A stretch of DNA of 64,000 nt from Entomortierella parvispora E1425 (Eukaryota; Fungi; Mortierellomycota). The stretch spans positions 1,240,001-1,304,000 of the forward strand of contig BQFW01000002.1 in the NCBI GenBank assembly GCA_020891255.1, given 5' to 3'. Under the pieces are notes generated by a model that was not told the origin of the DNA, ran no database searches, and saw only the letters and a program-made list of their open reading frames with translations. Both the position numbers and the translations under genes were made by a program. This document shows, piece after piece, positions 53,199 through 62,700 of the stretch (position 1 is its first letter; each line of letters begins with the position of its first letter).

Positions 53199-55780
53199 TC
53201 AAGAAAGAATGGGCAAGAAGTTGCCAACGATCGCGAGGGGGATATCAAAGATATCTCTCTTGATCGTGAAGCAGAACGTGCAGGGGACAACCCTGTTGGT
53301 GGGGCTGAGCAGGATGCAGGTGGTCATAACGGTCTGTTCTGTGTTCTCGAACGCGTGGGTTGAAAACTTTTCCCAGTACTCGACCGCAGATTGATTGTCC
53401 ATGAGCTCATAAATATAAGTCTTCTTGTTCAAAAGCTGTTCCCGCGACCATTGCGTCAGCAACGAAAACTCCTTGCCCACCAATGCAATCTCGCCTGTTC
53501 GACGCCACACCACCGTGGGAGTGCCCGAAAAACTGATGAGCTTTTCAAATTCCTGTTCAGAAAAAAATCGTTATGAAAAATTAGCGTCTGGACATATCCC
53601 TCGCAATTAAAAGTTAGCACGGTTTACAAACAGCACTTACAAGGACGGTACGCTGGAAACACGTCTCCATAAAGATGAGGTCCTCAGGTGTGAGGTTCAT
53701 GATCAGCGCGATAAACGAAGGGCGAAACATGGCCATTGCCCGACACACTCGCATCATCTCCTCCTTGTCCATTCTATAATTGGAAGGGCGATAAAAGGAA
53801 AAATTGAGGTCAACAGGGCTGATCCACTGATTTCGCGAGACAGGCATGCAGAGCCGACGAAAAAGCTCGTTTTTTTCTTACCTCTCACGAACATAACGGA
53901 GCAAGTAGTGAAAGCCATCCGTGTAGTTGAAGGGTTGCTTCGTGTTGGCATAAACGTTCTCTGGAGTGTTGCTGGGGAACTTGCGCTTGCTGACCCTGCC
54001 TCCAGAAGAAGATCCACTGTTTGCGTTGTTGGTGTTGAAGCTGTTGTCGGATGATGCCTGATTATTGGTGTTGTTGTTGTTGTTGTGTGACAAAGACGAC
54101 TTCAACTGTCCAGAGAGATGGTGTGGGTGATGATGGTGACTGTGCTGCAGCGAGTTGGCCATAGCCTCAATAGCTCCCTGACGCTGCCAGTTTTCGACCA
54201 TCGACAGCTCTGAGGTCATGGAGGACAGCTCTGAGGTGGGGGAAGACAACATGGTGGAGAGGATAGAGTATTCCAGGTTCACAGCTTCAGATTCAAATCC
54301 GTGGTCAGGCGTCAGACGTGGAGAAGAGGTGGTCGAAGACGAGAGAGAAATGGGGCTGAGCGGTAAGGTGATGGTCGACTTCAGTGGAAGGGAAGTGGTG
54401 ATGATGGCGGATAAAGACGACGGCGACGTGGACGAAGAGACGTTCGGGAAGTTGTACAGCGCCTGGGCATCGCTCAAGGGGGATTCTGAAAAAACAGAGG
54501 AGAGAGGCAGAGGAGAGAGAGAAGGTGTAAACTGTTAGTTGAAAACAAAGATGATGAAGAAATAGGGGCGTGGAGAGAGAAGAGAAAGAGAGGGGCCAGA
54601 CCGAACCACGGGGAAAAGAACAGCAGACGAGCTGGCCAGTGCTTTGGGTTTGCTTGGGTTGATTGATGGAGAAAGAAAGAAAGAAAAAGAAAAAAAGTCG
54701 GTGGGAAAGGGGACAAAGACCAGGAGACCAGTGTGGGGTATTGCCTCTTTAGTCTCCTTGATGTTTGATCGCGCGCACTGTTCGCAGTGCCCCTGCTGTG
54801 CCCATTCCCATATGCCATCGCAGGTCTGTGGTTGTGGTGGAAGTGGAGGAGGAGGTGGAGGAGGAGGTGGTGTCAACAGAGGGAGCGGGGCTTCTTCTTA
54901 GGATATCTTACCCTCACTGTTGGCGCGCTTGTTCTGCTCCTGTGCCTCTTGGTCCAGACGGGCCTGCTCAGCAGCCCGCTGCTGAGCCTCGACTGTACCC
55001 TGGAGATACTTGGCCTTCTTACGAATGCCATCCGCACAGGATCCCGCAAGGTCACGCTTGACGCATCGTTGACACGGGCGGGCTGAAAAGCGTCAGAGGA
55101 AATAGATGGAAATAAAAAGAAAAGAAAAATGGCAATGGCCAGACGTGAGCAAAGAGGTCCAAGAAGGAGATCCGAATCGAGAATAACGACCGATGCCATC
55201 GCATTTTGAGAGCTAGTCGCTTCGCTCCCTGGCAAGTGCACACAAAAAAACGCGGCAATGATGTCGTCTTTGATGTTGGCGGTTTGGAATCCACGCCCTA
55301 AAATCCTGCATATCAATTTCTCTCCTGCAGGGCTGTCCGCTTGTTGGGTCTTCTTCAGAATCCTCATACAAATGTCGCAGCCGCTTGCTTTCTTTATCTT
55401 GACCAACTCTTCTGCAATGGTCACTTACAGTCGTCGCAGGTGAGATGCGCTTTTTGGCAGTGGGAGCATCTATGGGAGGAACAACGATGCGAAGAGGTGA
55501 GCACCTTGTCTGCACCCAAGCAGTAAAACAGCTTGATTGCGCCACCAAAAAAAAAAAAAAAAAAAAAAAAACGCCGAGCAACTTACGCTCTGCTGGCCTT
55601 CTTCTTGCGCGATTGTGTTTGGTTGTTGGAGCAATCGTCAGAGGAGACCTGGCCGCCATAGTTGTTTTGACCCTGCGCAGGCAAAGCCTGGCGGTGCAAC
55701 ACCAAGTTGATTGTGTCGATCGTCTCAAGCTTGGGACGGTCTGCGATCAATGGCGCGGCACTAGATTGCAGGCAGAGCAT
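53199..55780 (-). CDS. ERT1: Zn2Cys6 transcription factor with C-terminal PAS-like domain, Ert1/AcuK type (498 aa)
   Basis: Exons 55780-55587, 55469-55429, 55082-54912, 54485-53882, 53773-53641 and 53552-53199. Zinc cluster [42 protein letters not shown]; C-terminus [49 protein letters not shown]. Confidence 0.9.
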
Positions 55781-56479
55781 AGATATACATGGTCAGTGAC
55801 AAGAACCCGGTTGTGATCGACCAACAGCGGGGCCGCTTACTGGGCGGAATATAGAAAAAGGATGGGGAGGTATTGCATGAAGGATTAGACGACAAACAAA
55901 GGAGCTTCTGAAGGTGGGGAAATGAGGGAATAGAACGAAAGCGGAACGGAGAGTGTGGAAGACACAGGAACGACACGGCCCGCATTGGAGCGATTGAAGG
56001 AAAAGACTGAACCCCGCAACGGAAATACATAAACAAGTTGTCCGGCCGTTGGGAGAACATGCCCGTGGGGCAGTGGGGGGGAAAAAATGAGCAAATCTAC
56101 TGCACACAAAGAAAAACAGAAAAAAAGAAAAACAAAAACAAAAACAAAAACAAAAATACAATAGAAGAAATATGGGCGAAAGGACTGAGGCCAAGGACCC
56201 CGACACACGAGGCTGATATGCCTGTTGCCAATGGCTCCGCTCATGCACAAGCACCCAAAAAACTAATGGAAAGAAGGGGGACACACAATCTATCCCAACA
56301 AAGCAAAGTCCCTCATTGCTTGTAATAATGCCAAAGAACCAAAAAGAAATCACACGCTTTCAAAACAAGTTGGTCTCCTCCGCAAGAGCCACGCTGATCC
56401 ACCTTCCCAATCTCTCCCGCAACAATTGAGTGTTTGCCAGATAATGGCACAGGGCAAGAGAGAGAAAAAGGAAACTCAC

Positions 56480-57315
56480 ATGGTAGCAGCATTGGTCTGT
56501 CGGATATCTTCCATCGCACGAGCCCGAATGACCGCTGGCGAACAATCCTCCATATCAAGGTCCATCTCTGGATCTGAGGACTGATCAGAGTCATAGAGCT
56601 CAGGATGGTTATCAAAGAAGTCATGGTAAAGATCTGGCAACAGTGTCGTTGGGCTCAGCGTCAAAATATTCGCTGGTGGTTGAGGTGCGTTGATCATGTC
56701 ATCAAAGAATGTCGTAGCCTCGCCAGATCGGGAGGTTGCAGGGGCAGCAGGGATAGGAGCCTGTTTGGAAACAATAGGCTTAGCTGTCGCTGCTGCCGTC
56801 GTTGTCATTGCTGTTGCAGCAGCAGCAGTGGGGGCTGTCGCCTTTGGGTGACCAGCACCCGTGTTTGCTGCAGGCGTAACTTTTGTTGACGTCGTGGCTG
56901 CAACTGAGATTGTCTTTGATACAACAGGGCTGGCGGGCAAGCTGGCCTTGACAGAAGAAACCTGAACTGAAGCACTGGGTCTGGCTGTAAATAATGCAGT
57001 AGGTGCGACTGCCACAACGGGACTGGGACTGGGACTGGGAGTGGCAAGAGCGGCCGCCGTGGTTGCGGTGGCGGCGGAGTTTGGGGTTACTGCAGTCGAG
57101 ACGGCCTTGGATGCGGACGAGCTGGCGTTCAAAAGAGGTTTGGAGGTTGCAGAGTTGGTGGTGTGGCCTGGAAGGCTGGCAGGGCTGACACTGCTAGCCA
57201 ATTCTGGACTAGGAGGAGGCGAGCACAGGGGTCCAGCGGCACCAACGAGGTTCATGGTCGATCTGCCCACCACAGGATGCGTCTTCGAAGTCGAGATCGT
57301 CGCTGTGGCAGCCAT
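56480..57315 (-). CDS. Hypothetical A/S/T/P-rich protein, exon 1 (second exon unresolved)
   Basis: 278-codon ATG-initiated ORF ending at a gtgagt donor (56479). Several downstream acceptors give only short C-termini. Confidence 0.55.
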
Positions 57316-59452
57316 GATGGATTTTCAAGGTGTATCAAGCAGCCAGTGAGGTCAAAAAAAACAAACGAGGTCTTTTGATCGTGCAGTGGTTTAAAAACGA
57401 GTAGTAAAAAAGGATTGGGAAAAAGGAGACCAAGAATTTTGCTTTGGAGATGGATATTCGAACAAGGAAGCAAGAACAAGGGACGTGGATGTAGATCGGC
57501 GATTGGATCAAAAGACGCAAGGGGGGAGCTGGGCGAAGACAAAGGTCAGGGTCGTGCTTGCGGTGGAATGTCAACGAGGGTGCTGGTCAGGAATGGGCTG
57601 AATGAGCCAAGTTGGGCAAAGCAAATGTAGTTTGGAAAAAAGCAGACGAAGAAAAGAAGGGCAAGTCAGAGAAAAAAATTGGGCATAGATTGTACAGTTG
57701 ATGGCAGGGTGGATAGAAGAAGAAGAAGAAGAAAAGGTCGCCGGAGAAGTGGGAGGATCGAATAGAAAAAACAAGGGAAAAAAGGTCAAGACGAAGTGGT
57801 GACGGCAAGGGTGGTACAAGTGAGATACAAGCAAGCGAGTGAAAGGGCTGGTTCCCAAGGGTAGGTGTGGTGGGTGTTGTTTGTTGTTTTTAGCTGGGAG
57901 GATAGGATTTTGGGTCCAAGGGTAAGTCAAGGGAGGAATCAAGGCAGGAGGAGGCGGAAGAGCAGGAGGGAGATAGATGAACGAGGAGGAGTGAGGAAAG
58001 AACAATGGACAAAAGGGAGAAAGACAAGAAGAAGCACACCACCGCCCGCTGGCAGTCAGCCCAACCAACCAAGGCGAATCCAAACCCAGACCACGAGTGT
58101 GTGAACATGGCGACTTCTCCCCCCCAAGTCCGAGCATGGACAGCCAGCTGAGGCCGACACTAGAAGGCATGCGACAGGGGCCACGGCAGAAACCCGTTTT
58201 GAAATTGGGATGAATCACCTAACGAAAATCCAATCAATCAATCGCCCCGCTTTCTTGCTCTGGCACCTTTATTCACTTCCGAGCGGTTCAATTGAATGCT
58301 AAAGTGGGCAACCACTCAGCAGAGCGTGTGTGAGTGGGCGATCGCCCGTTGCAAAATCGCTCCGATCTGGATTCCTGACTGAATTTCCTTTCAGGGGCCA
58401 ACGTAAGTCACACTCCACAGGCGAGACACCTCACGAGGTTCCGCTCGTCCCCCATGTTGGATCCATACTGAGGCAGCCCTTGACCGAACACGACCCTGGG
58501 CATGGTCCCCATAGAGCAGAGCACTCGTGAGTGGGCTAGGGGAGGAAGAGGAAGAGAAGGAAGGTTTGGTATGGTGGCAGAGGGGACATGCCCCAGAGTG
58601 GCGGGACCAGATCTTCAGGAAGGAAAAAGAATAATTTTTTTTGAGGGACATTCGGTCGGACTGAGTTTCGGCACTTCCTCTTTCGTCCAACAATTCTGGT
58701 TTGTTGGTCCGTTCCAGGGCGTGCGCTCGCCGAGTGCGCAATTTTTGTGCATCTTTTGTATTGAGCGCAGGTGTCTAGTCGCCCTGTGCATGCTGCGAGT
58801 CTACGCCCACAACGGTCCGATGGAGGTGGGGAAGCGGCATTCCGGGCCCTCTGGGCGAAACACTGCAGATCTTGTGTTTTCTTCGGCCTCCGGAGGAGAA
58901 GAGCCACAACACTGATTCAGTGCAACGTGGTTGTTCAATATGGTTTCTACGCCCGTAAAGTGTTGGTCATGCCATGTTTCTGGTCTCTCAGAAAAGAAGG
59001 GCAAGAACATAAAGTCGTCCCGGAGTCACTTTGGAGTCGTGGCGCTCGTCATCTTCAACCGTGGCAAAAAGCTGCGGCCGCAATTTTGTGACGCTGAATA
59101 CAAGTTGGGCCAAAACGCCCTTTTTTTTTTTTTTTTGCAGAAAGCAAAGGACAGCAGAATGGACCAGGTCGAGATCTCAAAAAGTCCTGCTGGCCTCTGA
59201 CCAAGGAGGAGAGGGCAGTCAACTGTGCTTGAACCTTGTTCCTGGAAAATGACTCCTTCTCTCTTCCAACGTTGCTCTCGCGTGGGTCGAGCCCAACGGT
59301 TCTCGTAATATTATCCGCTCGCTGGAAGATTGGTAGTTCCTTAGACCCCGCCCTTTTTTACTTTATGGTTTTCTTTCTTCCCCAGAGTCTGATGAATGGG
59401 TGCTGAAGCCGCACCCCTTTTTTCTTGCTATTGCTAAGGAAGGAAACCTTTG

Positions 59453-59723
59453 ACCTGACGACAACCGAGGATTGACTTCCCTTTGGGGGTCGCTCATGCA
59501 GCTGCACAACTTTGTGCCCTTGTTTATCGGTGGGTCCTATTTTCAGTTTGGTGATAGCCCTCACTCGGCGAAAGTTGCTTGGCCCACGGAGACAACCCAA
59601 CCTACGACATTCTCAAACCTTGACATCAAAATAGGAGCAGCCCGAAGTTCGGCGTGTTGCGTGAAAGGCTCTCTTGCATTTCTGTATCTGCAAATGCAAT
59701 CTTCAATAAATGTCGTCAGGTTG
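59453..59723. repeat. Cluster of inverted repeats just downstream of the Fanzor stop
   Basis: acctgacgaca (59453-59463) / tgtcgtcaggt (59711-59721) is a perfect 11-bp pair; caacct-acgacatt (59598-59611) pairs 14/15 with 59709-59723; tcctatttt (59535-59543) / aaaatagga (59628-59636); and an 8-bp ttgcattt/aaatgcaa hairpin near 59675-59700. Confidence 0.75.
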
Positions 59724-59792
59724 CTTTTTCTCGTGTTTGCTTGGACTGTCACCTGCTGGCTTTGTGGGCCACATTAGAGAATACCAAGAATA

Positions 59793-62700
59793 TCAGATGT
59801 CGCTCGCAGCAGAGTTCACAACCTTGTCAAATACGAGCTTGGACTTCAGAAATACAGCGTCTGACTGTAGCCTCGTTCGAGGAGCAGCACTTGATCCGCC
59901 TCGGATTGTGCTACGTGTTTGGTGGGGTCCAGAAGCTGGCTGGTGTTGATCGAATTTTTTTTCTGGTACAAGATATGGGCGGAATGGCGCCAAGGGGATC
60001 CTGTCGTCATCCTTGATCGCAGAATATCCTGATATTCCTATGCATACACAGGCTTGTGTGTCTCGCGGCCGAGTCGTGTAGCCGTTCTTGTAGGCAGGAC
60101 ATGCCGTGTTGAAACAGACTTTGGATCCATTCACTGTTACTGTGTTGATGGTCCTGCCCTTTTCTGACCCCACAATTCGCCTTGAACGCGCCGAGTGGGT
60201 TTTCTCCAAGCAGAAGCAGCACCGCTGCGTTGACATGTACTCATCCGTGACTACAACAGTCCCGACCTGACGATGTTGCTTCCTGATGTTCTTACCACCT
60301 AGGCGATAATGGCCACCAATCCTGGATCCAACACCAGTGCCAGCTGCACCCATAAATATCACATGGCGGACGACTGGGGTTGTCTTGACACAATGCGTAG
60401 GATGCTTATATGGAGCCGCGATGCTGGACTTGGATATCTCGATGCAACAACAATTGGAGCAATAACCAGAAGCTGTGTCCACGCTTGGTTCACCACGTTT
60501 GTCTTCGGCCAATTTGTTGATGGTGTACTCCGCAGATTTTGCTCGCAAATTGCTTGCGACTTTGGCCCAGGCCCGTTTGGTCCGATGCCTACAGGTACGA
60601 CGGAGTTTCACAAGATCACGATCCCTGTTCAGCTCTCGTAGGCTGTTGTTTTCAGCAACCGAGTCGCGGATCTTGATGGCAATCTGGACGGATTCGATGG
60701 TTGAGGCCGTAGCAAGAGATGCATCTGGATCCAAAAGTTTCTCCAGATCCGCCTTGGCTTGTTTGTACTTGTCGGTCTCGAGCAAGCGCTCCCGTTTCCG
60801 ACGAAGTTTGCGGCCAAAAGAAATGTCCTCTACTTGACGTGCTGTTATTCGATGAGCCTTCGGGAGTTTCATCTCTTGTGTGGCTTTTTTTGCTTGAATG
60901 CGCCTCTCCTTCGTCCAAGGTTCAGTAGTAATGTCAACCAGTTCCTCCTCTTGCTTAGAATAGTGCTCCTCCGGCGCAGCATGTTCAGTAGGCAAAAAAA
61001 GCTCCTCCGTTGTATCAAGATCTACATGCAGGACATGAAAGATAGTTATTAGCATCAGGATTAACAATGTGTCAAAAACATTTGGACTACGGCTAATAAT
61101 TTTGTAGAACTTACCTGCAAGAACTTGGAAACGGTTCATTGACTTTTCAATTCCCTCAACTGTCAAAAAGACGTTCTCCGACATCACTCGTACGCCAGGG
61201 TCCTCGCTACATATCGCCACAACCTGGATCCGTTTGGACCCTGGTAATGGTTTGAGATGTTGGTCAAATATTGGCTTGAGGTCCAATCGTTGCGGGATGT
61301 CCTCTGCTTGCGGCCATTCCCAAGAAGGAGAGGTATGGGAGGGGTCCGTTTTTCTTGCCTTCAATTTCTTCTTCGGGTTATCCTTTGGCGCCTTTCGCTT
61401 TGCTATGGCCAGCAGTCGGTTCCAATAGTAGAGATCTTTTTTGGCACGATCCCAGGCCATATCCAGCTGACTAAACCTCCTTTCCTTGATCCTAAGTATT
61501 GCCTGTTGTGCCTTGAGTTCAGACATTTGTTGTTTTTTCAAGGTGATGTTGCTCTCATTGTTGCTGATGGTCCAAGGGATTGCCCTGATGCCACTATTCA
61601 ACGCGTTGCATTCTTTCCGAAGAGCAGCAAGCTCCTTGCGAGGGCCTTCCCGTTCCTTTGCCGTAAGCTCAACTTGTTTCGTGGCCAGTTCAACCTGATG
61701 CTCGACATCGTCCTTGGACATGCCTCTGCTTTCGAATTCCTTCCGCCAATGTGCATTTCTTCCGTTTTTTAAGCCTGAGCCCGCCTTCTTGCTTTCTTCG
61801 AACGCGCTATGGACAGGATGACGGGTATCGGACTTGGTCGTCTGCGGTCCCGATAAGTTGAGAGTATACTGGTCCACAAAGGTCATCCTACACAGTTTTT
61901 CAGATACGGACATCAGCTTTTTTTCCTCGTCTAAACTCAATTGTTGCTCATAACAGTGCATGAGGTGTGTACATACCGCATGCCAAACGTAAACCCATGT
62001 CTCTTGCATATGCCTTCAATTTTCTCGATGTCGAAAATGTTTGCAAACACTACCCGCTTTGCATTGAATGACGCAGTGCAGTCAGCAACGTTGGTCATGA
62101 TGCCGGTTGCACCATGTAGGTCATATCGGCCGGCGCTCTCTCCACTTAGCACTTGGTAGAGATGACCAGCGCCCAGCTGTAAACCGTGGATCTTTCCCGA
62201 GGAGATAGAGGGAGAGAGTCGTCTGGTGAACTCCGTTTGGCCCAACAACCGCAGCACCGCGTTGGAGATGAGTACAATTGGAGCGCGCAGGACAATGTGT
62301 GGGGTATGATGACGATAATCCTCATCTTCAGCATCCCTCCAGCGGCGAGGAACATAGGGTCGCAGAAAATTAATGATCTTCTGTGCGACAAGGAGTTGCC
62401 GTTCAGTAAAGGAGGTTCCTTTGTATAACGAGTCCTTGATGTGATCCATGCTGAACGTTGGGGTCGGTAACGGGGACTCGAGCAACGTCCTGACGACGGT
62501 CTGCAGACGCCGAAGGGTCTTTCGACTCGGTTCCTTCTCCTTAAGGTCAGAGTTGAGAGTAATCGGACTACTTTGACTTGCATCATCTACATCCATGACC
62601 CACTCCGTATCGAGTTCGTCCGCGAAGGCTTGACTCTCAAGGAGGCACATATCGAGATCATCGTCTGAAGAATCCTCCTCCGAGAACACGTCTTCCATAC

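Noticed and set aside
54535-54876. CxxC-containing ORF ([20 protein letters not shown]) inside ERT1 intron 3 as a cassette exon
   Set aside because: Its acceptor phase is incompatible with the upstream exon; inclusion gives a stop after about 25 codons.
58900-59260. Poly-T plus GCAG acceptor-like site and short plus-strand ORFs near the Fanzor 3' flank
   Set aside because: No matching donor or start gives a coherent gene model.
59853-59882. Helitron-type 3' end (hairpin plus CTRR) for the Fanzor carrier element
   Set aside because: The hairpin is followed by CTAC rather than CTRR, and no Rep/helicase gene is in the window, so the carrier superfamily cannot be assigned.
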